This document shows positions 38,222 through 46,469 of a stretch of 64,000 nt of DNA, one piece after another; position 1 is the stretch's first letter, and every line of letters begins with the position of its first letter. The DNA comes from Candidatus Limnocylindria bacterium (GTDB lineage Bacteria; Chloroflexota; Limnocylindria; Limnocylindrales; CSP1-4): NCBI GenBank assembly GCA_035637675.1, contig DASPWU010000186.1, positions 3,840 to 67,839 of the forward strand, given 5' to 3'. The notes beneath the pieces are model-generated. The model was not told where the DNA came from. It did no database searches and saw only the letters and a list, made by a program, of their open reading frames with translations. The position numbers and the translations under genes were made by a program.

Positions 38222-39130
38222 TCACCGGTCGGCCGGCGCGGGGTGGTTTTCGGCCGGCGCCCCGGCTGCCGCGCGTCGCCAGGTCCGGATGTCGGGGTGG
38301 GCGATCGCCATCACCAGGCGGCGGACCGACCAGCCGGGCGTCCGCACCAGCAGGCCGGCAATCGCGACGACGATGATCGCCGTGAACGTGTACCAGCCCA
38401 CCGGGACGGCGATGGCCGAGCCGACAGGCACCGTCCAGCGCCGGTCCGTGCGTGCTCCCCATGCCACGATGGCGCCACCGGCCAGCACCCGCAGCCACAG
38501 CGGACCGGGCAATGTGGGAAGCGAGACGGTCGTCGCGCCGTTCTTCGACAGGACCTCGGCCCAGTCGAACCATAGGCGCGGCGCGATCGCGAACGACACG
38601 ACGGCGATGGCCGCGGTCGCCCCGAGCGCGATCGCGAGCGCTCGCCACTCGCGCCGGACCGCGAACCAGACGAGGCCGATCCCCGGTGTCACCTTGGAGA
38701 GCAGGACGAAGGCCCAGGCGGCCGGCCAGCGGAAGCCGGCGACGATCGCGGCCGCGATGAGGAGCTCGACGTTGCCCAGGGCGATCGAGGCGATCACCGG
38801 CTGGAACAGCAGCAGGGGCAGGGCCAGACGGCGGGCTGTCCAGGCCAGCGCCCCCACGAGCACGAGCGTCCAGACTGCCACGAACCAGCCGATCGGCAGC
38901 AGGCGAAGCGGCGCGAGCACCTGTGCAAACGCTGGCGAGTACAGGTACGCGTAGTCGCCGCCCACGAGCGACCGCGCGTACGGGTCGTCGAGGGAGGCGA
39001 GGTAGTAAGCCTTGGAGTCCTGCGATTCGGGGGCGCCTCCGGCCAACTGCCAGGCGGCATACGCGGCACCCACGAGCAGCACGGCCGCAATGGGGCCAAA
39101 GCGCACCAGAAAATTTCGGGTCGTCGTCAT
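38222..39130 (-). CDS. DUF2029/GT87-like GT-C membrane glycosyltransferase (paralog of 12600..13451)
   Basis: See 12600. Start at MTTTRNFLV; the ORF extends to 39295. Confidence 0.65.
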   Translation of the reverse strand: MTTTRNFLVRFGPIAAVLLVGAAYAAWQLAGGAPESQDSKAYYLASLDDPYARSLVGGDYAYLYSPAFAQVLAPLRLLPIGWFVAVWTLVLVGALAWTARRLALPLLLFQPVIASIALGNVELLIAAAIVAGFRWPAAWAFVLLSKVTPGIGLVWFAVRREWRALAIALGATAAIAVVSFAIAPRLWFDWAEVLSKNGATTVSLPTLPGPLWLRVLAGGAIVAWGARTDRRWTVPVGSAIAVPVGWYTFTAIIVVAIAGLLVRTPGWSVRRLVMAIAHPDIRTWRRAAAGAPAENHPAPADR

Positions 39131-39260
39131 CCCGGCGGATGGAACCGCAGCGGGCGGCGGATCGGCATCCCCCGGGAGTACCACGGGCCTGAGGATACCG
39201 GGGCGGTCCAGCGTGACGAGCGCCGCTCGGGGCGGGCCCGGCGGCCGGCCCGAGCCATCA

Positions 39261-40535
39261 TCAGAGGTGATAGGCCCAGTACACGCTGGCGACACCCACG
39301 ATCACACCGAACATCGTCAGCAGGCGCCACGGCCAGCCGAACCCGTGGCGCGCGGTAGGCATGGCCGCCAGGGCAATCACGAACGGGATCGAATCGAGGG
39401 CATAGCGATAGCCGAACTGCAGCCAGCCGCCGCCGTAATACAAGAGGTTGGGCACGAGGACCGCCAGCGCGGTGATAGCCAGGCCCACCGCCAGCGGCCC
39501 CTGGTTCGGGTCGCGCCATGGCGCGCGAATCGCCCGCAGGAGTCCCGGGCTGGTCAGGAAGATCGACAGTCCCAGTCCGTCCGGCCGGAAAAAGGGCGGG
39601 TTCGGGATCGGCGTGGGCAGGTGGGTGAACAGATAATCCAGGTTCATGCCCAGATGGCTGATCGAGAAGAGACCCTCGGCCCGGACGGCGGCCAGCCACG
39701 GCGGCAGTGTCGCCAGCGCGTAGCCCGATTCGAGCGGGGAGCCGAATCGGACTTCGTTGTACCAGAGGAAGAACGCGAGGAACGGCAGGACACCGAACGC
39801 GAAGCCGATCCAGCCCTCGATCGGCCAGGATTGCGGGTCCCGCCAGCCCCGCGGCTCGTGCTCCATCGGCGAATCCGGCTTCCGCCGCGGGATGACCAGC
39901 AGGAACAGGGGCACGGCGAACGCGAGCGGCGCCCGAGTCAGGAAGGCCGCCCCGGCGAGGAGGCCCAGCAGCAACGGGCGGCGGCGGCCGAAGACTTCGA
40001 TGAGCGCGGCAAGGATCAGAAACGTCGCGATGAGGTGACCGGTGTGCCACACGCCGCCGCGGGTGGTCACCCACCAGATCTGGGTGCTGAAGCCGAGGAG
40101 CACCGCCAGCCACACTCGATCGACCAGCGATCGAACGCCCACCCGCCCGGCCAGCCACATGGCCATCCCCACGTCCGCGGCGGCGATCGCCGCATTGATG
40201 ATCGGCTCCCAGAGATCGGCCCTGGCCGGCCCGATGACGGCCACGAGCGGCATGAAGACGATGGCGGGGAATGGCGCGAACGGGACGAAGACCTCGCCAG
40301 ACGGACCGTAGACGACGTCGTTCGGCCCGAGCGGCGCATCCAGCCAGGTCCGGCCCTTGAGGAACGCGTCGGCCAGCCAGAACAGATCGCCCCGGCCCGC
40401 ATCGAATTGCCGTGCGCTCAGCAGGTAGATGGCGAACGAGATCGCGACCAGCACGAGCCCGACGCCCACCGTGGCGAGCCGATCGCTCACCCGGCCCTCG
40501 TCCACCGGACGTTCGGCCACCCGACGCTCGATCAA
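39261..40535 (-). CDS. GT-C family (ArnT/PMT-like) membrane glycosyltransferase
   Basis: Polytopic, with Pro/Trp-rich loops (PFLAFFLWYNEVRFGSPLESGY). It is the C-terminal part of the 1,095-aa readthrough ORF. The start is TTG overlapping the upstream stop (TTGA) or GTG at 40520/40490. Confidence 0.55.
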   Translation of the reverse strand: MIERRVAERPVDEGRVSDRLATVGVGLVLVAISFAIYLLSARQFDAGRGDLFWLADAFLKGRTWLDAPLGPNDVVYGPSGEVFVPFAPFPAIVFMPLVAVIGPARADLWEPIINAAIAAADVGMAMWLAGRVGVRSLVDRVWLAVLLGFSTQIWWVTTRGGVWHTGHLIATFLILAALIEVFGRRRPLLLGLLAGAAFLTRAPLAFAVPLFLLVIPRRKPDSPMEHEPRGWRDPQSWPIEGWIGFAFGVLPFLAFFLWYNEVRFGSPLESGYALATLPPWLAAVRAEGLFSISHLGMNLDYLFTHLPTPIPNPPFFRPDGLGLSIFLTSPGLLRAIRAPWRDPNQGPLAVGLAITALAVLVPNLLYYGGGWLQFGYRYALDSIPFVIALAAMPTARHGFGWPWRLLTMFGVIVGVASVYWAYHL

Positions 40536-41653
40536 CCGGTCTCCGCCGATCGAGGCTCGGGACCGTGGGCATCGCCGGCCGGTGCGCGAGCGACGGCACG
40601 CCCTGCGGCATCGTCGGGCCGCCGGCGCGAGCCGGTGACGAGCGGCGCGACCAGGCCGACGAGGAAGACCGGGGGATAGGCAAGCGGTCCCAGCCACGGC
40701 AGCAGCGGCAGGCCGATCGCCCACCACTGGCGGCGCTCGAGCAGCAACGCCATCGGGATCAGCAACAACATCGCGTAGTGCTCCCAGAGGAGTGGCGAGA
40801 CCACCTGGCTGCCGACGACCGTCGTGACGTAGCCACTGACGGCATCGGCCCGCCACCAGGAGTACAGGACCACGATCGCGGCGACGGCGACGCCGGCCCA
40901 CTGGATGGCGGTCGCCACCGCGAGGGACGCGCCGGCCGCGTAGGCGATCGCTCCGGCCGTGTAGTTGTGCGGCGTCGTCACGGGCGCGCTGACACGACCC
41001 AGGATCGCCAGATAGTCCGCCCACGTCGCCGGCCCCGTCAGGAGCGTCGCGACGGCGATCGCCGCCACCAGGAGGCCGAGCCCGATCGCCGCCGCTCGGG
41101 ACCGGCCGGTGGCGAACGCCCAGCCGAACAGGAGCGCCGGCTGGACCTTGACCAGCGTGCCGGCGGCCATCGAGATCGCGAGCGGCAGGGGCCGGTCCAG
41201 CCATCGCCACCCGGCGACGAATGCCAGGAACAGGAGCGGGCCAACCTGCCCGAGCTTGATCGAATAAAGGAACGGCCAGCAGAGCCCGGCCAGCAGCAAC
41301 GTCGCCCAGCGCACCCGGCGGCTCGCCGGCAGCAGCCAGACGCCGGCTGCGAAGGCGAGCGCGAGCACGACCGTCCAGGCTGCCGGGCCGGTCCCCGGGG
41401 GGAGCCAGGTGAACGGGATCATCGCGATCGCGAACGGCGGCGGGTACAGGTAGATCGCGAACGGGCCGGCGACGTCGACGCTTGGGTCGTACAGCGGCTG
41501 GCCCGCCAGCAGCCGGTTGGCCGCCTGCACGTAGGCCTGGTAGTCGTAGCCGAGTGTCGAGCCGGCTGCCACGGCGATGGCAACGAGCGCCGCCACGAAG
41601 ACGAGAACCGCCACGATCGGCAGGGCGGCATCGAGCATGCGGCGAGCCACCAA
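40532..41653 (-). CDS. DUF2029/GT87-like GT-C membrane glycosyltransferase
   Basis: GTLVKVQPALLFGWAF motif; polytopic. Hidden in an alternative frame of the 1,095-aa table ORF. Confidence 0.7.
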   Translation of the reverse strand: MVARRMLDAALPIVAVLVFVAALVAIAVAAGSTLGYDYQAYVQAANRLLAGQPLYDPSVDVAGPFAIYLYPPPFAIAMIPFTWLPPGTGPAAWTVVLALAFAAGVWLLPASRRVRWATLLLAGLCWPFLYSIKLGQVGPLLFLAFVAGWRWLDRPLPLAISMAAGTLVKVQPALLFGWAFATGRSRAAAIGLGLLVAAIAVATLLTGPATWADYLAILGRVSAPVTTPHNYTAGAIAYAAGASLAVATAIQWAGVAVAAIVVLYSWWRADAVSGYVTTVVGSQVVSPLLWEHYAMLLLIPMALLLERRQWWAIGLPLLPWLGPLAYPPVFLVGLVAPLVTGSRRRPDDAAGRAVARAPAGDAHGPEPRSAETG

Positions 41654-41659
41654 GACCGG

Positions 41660-42484
41660 TCAGCCGCCCGCCGTGCCGGACCTGCCGGGCCGGGTCGACC
41701 GGCCGAAGCCCCGGTGAAGCATCGGGATTCGCAGGACGTCCCAGGCGACGCGAGCGGCCAGCCTGGGGCCGGCCCGCATCCTGGATCCGCGCCGGTCGTA
41801 CCAGCGGATGGGCACGATCGCGATCTCGTAGCCGCGCCGGCGGGCCAGGAAGATGAGCTCGACGTCGAACACGATGCTCGTGATCCGCTGCTCCGCGAAC
41901 AGGTCGTGGGCCGCCTCGCGGCTGAACGCCTTGAAGCCGCACTGCGTGTCCTGGACGTCGCCCACGACCCATGCCGAAGCGAAGGCATGGAACGCCTTGC
42001 CGAGCAGCCGCCGGTAGAGGGGCTGTGAGCCGCGCATGTCGGAGCCATCGTGCTGGATCCTGCTGCCGAGCGCGACGTCGTGATCGTCCAGCGCGCGGAC
42101 GATGAGCGGGAACTGGTCGGGCGGCGTGGCCATGTCCGCGTCGGCGAACACGATCAGGTCCGTCTGTGCGGCGAGCATGCCCGCCCGGACGGCCGCGCCC
42201 TTGCCGCCGTGGGGCACGGAGATGAGCTCCAGTGTCGGCGCCGTCCCGTCGGCTGCAGGGGCCGCCTCCGGCCTGCCCTGCACCAGGGCCCGCGTGGCGT
42301 CCGAGCTCCCGTCGTCCACGACCAGCACGTGGATCTCGGCCGGCAGCAGACCGGCGCCCTGGGCCTGGTCGCGGGCCTGGTCGCCGCGTCGCCGCAGGTA
42401 GCCGAAAAGCTCGTCGAGTGCCGGCCCGATCCTGGCGGCCTCGTTGTAGGCCGGCAGCACGATCGTGAGGGAACGGGTCTGCAT
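41660..42484 (-). CDS. GT2 polyprenol-phosphate glycosyltransferase (Ppm1/GtrB-like)
   Basis: LTIVLPAYNEAARI...VVDDGSSDAT...FADADMATPP...QCGFKAF. First gene of a long minus-strand operon running from 42484 down to 31569. Confidence 0.85.
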   Translation of the reverse strand: MQTRSLTIVLPAYNEAARIGPALDELFGYLRRRGDQARDQAQGAGLLPAEIHVLVVDDGSSDATRALVQGRPEAAPAADGTAPTLELISVPHGGKGAAVRAGMLAAQTDLIVFADADMATPPDQFPLIVRALDDHDVALGSRIQHDGSDMRGSQPLYRRLLGKAFHAFASAWVVGDVQDTQCGFKAFSREAAHDLFAEQRITSIVFDVELIFLARRRGYEIAIVPIRWYDRRGSRMRAGPRLAARVAWDVLRIPMLHRGFGRSTRPGRSGTAGG

Positions 42485-42570
42485 CCGGCGAGTGTAGTGG
42501 GGGCGGGCCGCCCCGCGACGGTACTCTCGGGCCAGTCGCGGGCCCCATCCACGCGAGGCATCATTGGGTC

Positions 42571-43380
42571 ATGTTCCGATCCCCCGCGGGAGCGCCAGCC
42601 TCGGTCGACCGCCCTGCCCTCGATCGCGCCGCGCTCGTCCGGCGGCTCGTCGTGGTGGCGTCGCTGACGGTCATCGGGGTCGAGATCCTTGCCTTCGCGA
42701 TCGGCTGGATCGCCTGGCGAGACCGGATCCCGCTGGGGCTGGATTGGCTCGGCTATCGGGCGGGGGTCGAGCGGCTGGTCGCCACGGGCAGCCCGTACGC
42801 GCCGTTCGAGCTGGCCGGCCCGTTCGTGCCCGAGCATCTCGACTTCATCCATCCGCCCAACGCGCTGCTCCTCTTCGCCCCGTTCGTCGTACTGCCGCAG
42901 CCCCTGGACTTCATCGCCTGGGACGCGATCCCGCTCGCCGTGCTGGCGTACTCCCTCCGCCGCCTTGCCTGGTGGGCCTGGCCATTCGTCGCCCTCCTTG
43001 GCGCGACCGACTCGCTCCAGTACCCGATCCTCAACGGCAACAGCTCGCTGTGGATGTGCGCCGCCTTCAGCCTGGGCCTCCGGTTCGGCTGGCCGGCCGG
43101 GCTCATCGCGATGAAACCCTCGCTCGCGCCGCTGGCCGTCGTCGGCCTCCGTCGCCCGTTGCCGGCGATCGTCCTCGCCGCCGTTCCCATCGTGCTGACT
43201 CTGCCGCTCCTGCCGGCCTACCTGGTCGTGCTCCGGAACGCGAACCTGGGCCCGAGCTACTCGATCACCCAGTACTCGCTGGTGGCCCTGGCTGCCTGGC
43301 CGTGGCTGGCCGAGCGGCTCCCCGGCTGGCTGCAGCGCGTCCGCGCCGCCAGGCCGCGGGCCAGCCAACGAGCCGCCTGA
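42571..43380 (+). CDS. Small DUF2029-core-like membrane protein (paralog of 30736 and 34040)
   Basis: HPPNALLLFAPFVVLP...LIAMKPSLAPLAVVG. The conserved upstream motif lies at 42515..42533. Confidence 0.65.
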   Translation: MFRSPAGAPASVDRPALDRAALVRRLVVVASLTVIGVEILAFAIGWIAWRDRIPLGLDWLGYRAGVERLVATGSPYAPFELAGPFVPEHLDFIHPPNALLLFAPFVVLPQPLDFIAWDAIPLAVLAYSLRRLAWWAWPFVALLGATDSLQYPILNGNSSLWMCAAFSLGLRFGWPAGLIAMKPSLAPLAVVGLRRPLPAIVLAAVPIVLTLPLLPAYLVVLRNANLGPSYSITQYSLVALAAWPWLAERLPGWLQRVRAARPRASQRAA

Positions 43381-43389
43381 CGAAGCCGA

Positions 43390-44649
43390 TCAGGCGGACG
43401 TGCGGTTGGCCGGGTTGGCCTGAGGCCAGCAGGCCGCGAGAACGAACGCCACCGCCAGCCAGACGGCGACCGGCTCCGAGATCGACAACGCGGCGACCAC
43501 CAGCGCAGCGATGAGCAACGCCGCAGTCCGTCCCGCACGGGCCGATTCACGCGCCCCCAGCCAGGCGGCCGCGGCAAACGGGAGCATTGCGACCGGGTAG
43601 TGGAACCAGGTGATCGGCAACACGACGAGCGACACGGCGGCAGCCACGGCCAGGCTCAGTGTCGCCGGCCTCAGGAACCAGGCGGTCGCGGCAGTCACGG
43701 CCAGCGCGACCAGGGTCACCGCCGGGGTGAGGCGCACGGCAACGCCCAGATCGCCGGTCAGCAGGGCGAGCTGGCTGGCCGGGCCGACGTTCAGCCGAGA
43801 GACGAAGTCCGCCCCGGTGCCCGACCGCAGGACGTTCAGGTACTCGGCCCACGGGTCCGTTCCCCAGATCGCCAGGCTGGCGATGACGATGCCTGCGATG
43901 GTCGTGAGCGCGACGCCCAGGGATGGCCAGGCCGCGCCTGCCGCGCGCGACGGGCTCGCGCCGTCGCCGGGATTCGCGCCGGGATTCGTGCCGGGATTCG
44001 CGCGGCCACCCCGGCGGTCGCGCAACCCGCGGATCGCCAGCCAGCCCAGGAGCGCCGTGGGGTGGAGCTTGGCCAGGCTGATGAGGCCGATTGCGATCCC
44101 ACCGCCGATCCGCCAACGGGTCGTACCGCCGGTCGCGGCGAGGAGGGCGGCGCCGTACGCCAGCGGGAACCATGCGTCGAGGTTACCGAACAGCAGGGCG
44201 ATCGCGAAGGGATAGACGAACGGTGCCAGCGCCAGGGCGGGCAGGACGGCGTCGACCGCCGGGGATCCGGGGGCCGCGCCGCGGCTCAGCGCTCCAACGA
44301 CCGCGGCGAACCCGATGGTGGCGGCGACGCCCATCGCCACGAGGACCAGCCCGTCCGGCAATCCAGACACGAGCGAGGCCGCCTGAGCGACCGGCGGCGG
44401 GTAGGAGTAAAAGAGGTTCTCGACCTGCGTGCCCAGGCCGACCGACCCAGCCAGATAGGGGCTCGTCCCGCCGGCGACATGGCGACCCGCCTCCAGGATC
44501 AGCGCGAGGTCGAAACCGGCCCGGGGCGGACGCTGGGCGAACAGCGCGGCACCCAGGAGGACCAGGCCCGTCCAGCCGATGGCGCCGACGAGAAGCCAGA
44601 CGAGCCGCCGGAAACGGCGGTCGGCGAACGGACGGGCGAGGGCAGTCAC
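43390..44649 (-). CDS. DUF2029/GT87-like GT-C membrane glycosyltransferase
   Basis: ISLAKLHPTALLGWLAIR motif; polytopic. Contains an internal NPG tandem repeat. Confidence 0.6.
   Translation of the reverse strand: MTALARPFADRRFRRLVWLLVGAIGWTGLVLLGAALFAQRPPRAGFDLALILEAGRHVAGGTSPYLAGSVGLGTQVENLFYSYPPPVAQAASLVSGLPDGLVLVAMGVAATIGFAAVVGALSRGAAPGSPAVDAVLPALALAPFVYPFAIALLFGNLDAWFPLAYGAALLAATGGTTRWRIGGGIAIGLISLAKLHPTALLGWLAIRGLRDRRGGRANPGTNPGANPGDGASPSRAAGAAWPSLGVALTTIAGIVIASLAIWGTDPWAEYLNVLRSGTGADFVSRLNVGPASQLALLTGDLGVAVRLTPAVTLVALAVTAATAWFLRPATLSLAVAAAVSLVVLPITWFHYPVAMLPFAAAAWLGARESARAGRTAALLIAALVVAALSISEPVAVWLAVAFVLAACWPQANPANRTSA
43968..44003. repeat. 3 x 12-bp tandem repeat (cgggattcg[c/t]gc) inside the CDS, encoding ANPGTNPGANPG
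   Basis: Direct read of the sequence. The in-frame repeat lies in a loop region of the DUF2029 protein. Confidence 0.8.
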
Positions 44650-44792
44650 GCGCGCATCCTAGTCGGCGCGATGGGTCACGAGCGAGGCCGCGAAGGGCCG
44701 AAGGGAGCCCGGTCGCACGGTCGTCCGGGTCGCGGACTGGCCCAATCGTACCGGTCAGAACCGGCCAGACCCGGTGCTAGACTGCACCGGCC

Positions 44793-46469
44793 GTGCGGAC
44801 CCCCGTCACCCTGTTTGTGTTCGCCCTCGTGGTCCGGACCATCCTCGTGGCGCTCTATCCGGATCCGGCGTACCCCGACTCCTATTACTACGTGGATGTC
44901 GCCCGGGCGCTCAACGCCGGCCACGGTTTCAACATCGACTTCATCTGGGCGTTCGTGGAGACCGGCGGCCAGCTGCCGGCCAACCCGCAGCTGCCGATCC
45001 CCAGCAACGCCCACTGGCTACCGCTCGCGTCGCTCATCCAGCTGCCCTTCCTGGCCATCCTGGGAACCTCGCCCACGGTCGCGATGATCCCGTTCGTGAT
45101 CATCGGCGCGACCGCCGCCCCGCTCACCTGGGCAATCGCGCGCGACGTCGGCGCCAGCCGGGCGATCCAGATCGGCGCGGGCCTCATGACCGCCGTGCCG
45201 GCGGCCTCGACCGTGTTCATGGCCCAGCCCGACAACTTCGCGCTCTACCAGCCCCTGGGTGCCGCCGCCCTGTGGCTCGGCGCGCGAGCGCTCAAGGGCG
45301 ACCGGCGGGCCTTCGCCCTGGCCGGCCTGCTGGTTGGCCTCGCCTCGCTGGCCCGCAACGACGGCGTGCTCATCGGCCTGGCCCTGGCCATCGCCTTCTT
45401 CTGGGACCGCTGGCGAGCGTGGCGCTCCGGAAGCAGCCGGCGCCCGGCGATCGGCTGGGGCCAGGCCGTCGCCTGCGCCGCGCTGTTCGCTGTCGTCGTG
45501 GCTCCGTGGTGGATCCGACAGCTCGCGGTATTCGGCAGCATCTCGCCGTCGTCGGCGTCAGGCCGGATCCTGTGGATCCGCCAGATCACGGACATGAACA
45601 GCGTGACGATCCCGGCGACGCCCCAGACGTTCCTGGCCCAGGGCCTGGGTCCGCTGCTCGAGAGCCGGGTGTTCGGCTTCATCGCGGCGGTCGGGAACTA
45701 CGTGATCATCGTCCTCTCCTTCGTCCTGACGCCGTTTCTCATCGTGGGCGCGTGGATCCGGCGGAGCTCCATCGACTACCGGATCTTCTTCATCTACTCC
45801 GCCCTCCTGTTCGCCGCGGCGGGCCTGATCTTCGCCATCCACGTGCCGCTGGGCATGTTCCTCCACTCGGCCGTCGCGTTGGTGCCCCACACCTACATCC
45901 TGGTCCTGGAGGGAGTCGTGGCCGCGGTCGTCTGGATGGCCCGTAAACGGCGGAGCTGGAACCAGGCGGAGGCAACCCGCTTCTTCCTGGCGGCGACCGT
46001 CGGAGTCGCCTTTCTGACGGGCGCCCTGGGTACCTGGAAGGTCCACGAGGAATGGGCCCGGATGCGCCACGACCGACAGATGGCGGCGGCCGCCATGGAC
46101 CGTCTCGGAATCGGCCCGGATGAACGGGTCATGAGCGGCGACACGGCCGGCTTCAAGTACTTCACGGGTCGCGGCGGAGTCGTGACGGTCAGCGACCCGG
46201 TCGACGTGATCGGCCAGGTCGGTCGGGCCTATGGCGTCCGCTGGCTGATCCTGGAGCGGACCCACATCGTGGATACGCTCGGGCCGGTCCTCAAGGGCAC
46301 CCTCCGACCGAGCTGGCTGGGGTCGCCGGCCTGGTCGCTCGACGAGACGGCACAGCAGGATCCGGGCGACACCTACCCCGACATCGCCCTGTACCCGGTC
46401 TGCTTTGCGCCCGGCGATCTTCGCTGCGCCACGGCGATGGGGACCGCAGGGCCCTCCAGCCGGCCGTGA
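44793..46469 (+). CDS. GT39/GT83-like (PMT_2/ArnT-type) GT-C membrane glycosyltransferase
   Basis: N-terminal LYPDPAYPDSYYYVDVARALNAGHGF first-loop motif typical of ArnT/Pmt enzymes. A TAGACT -10-like element lies 14 nt upstream of the GTG. Confidence 0.65.
   Translation: MRTPVTLFVFALVVRTILVALYPDPAYPDSYYYVDVARALNAGHGFNIDFIWAFVETGGQLPANPQLPIPSNAHWLPLASLIQLPFLAILGTSPTVAMIPFVIIGATAAPLTWAIARDVGASRAIQIGAGLMTAVPAASTVFMAQPDNFALYQPLGAAALWLGARALKGDRRAFALAGLLVGLASLARNDGVLIGLALAIAFFWDRWRAWRSGSSRRPAIGWGQAVACAALFAVVVAPWWIRQLAVFGSISPSSASGRILWIRQITDMNSVTIPATPQTFLAQGLGPLLESRVFGFIAAVGNYVIIVLSFVLTPFLIVGAWIRRSSIDYRIFFIYSALLFAAAGLIFAIHVPLGMFLHSAVALVPHTYILVLEGVVAAVVWMARKRRSWNQAEATRFFLAATVGVAFLTGALGTWKVHEEWARMRHDRQMAAAAMDRLGIGPDERVMSGDTAGFKYFTGRGGVVTVSDPVDVIGQVGRAYGVRWLILERTHIVDTLGPVLKGTLRPSWLGSPAWSLDETAQQDPGDTYPDIALYPVCFAPGDLRCATAMGTAGPSSRP

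Noticed and set aside
39261-42548. 1,095-aa single ORF
   Set aside because: A readthrough frame spanning three real genes (ArnT-like, DUF2029, GT2). Only its C-terminal 420 aa (39261..40535) looks like a genuine membrane protein. The other two genes are read in other frames (40532..41653, 41660..42484).
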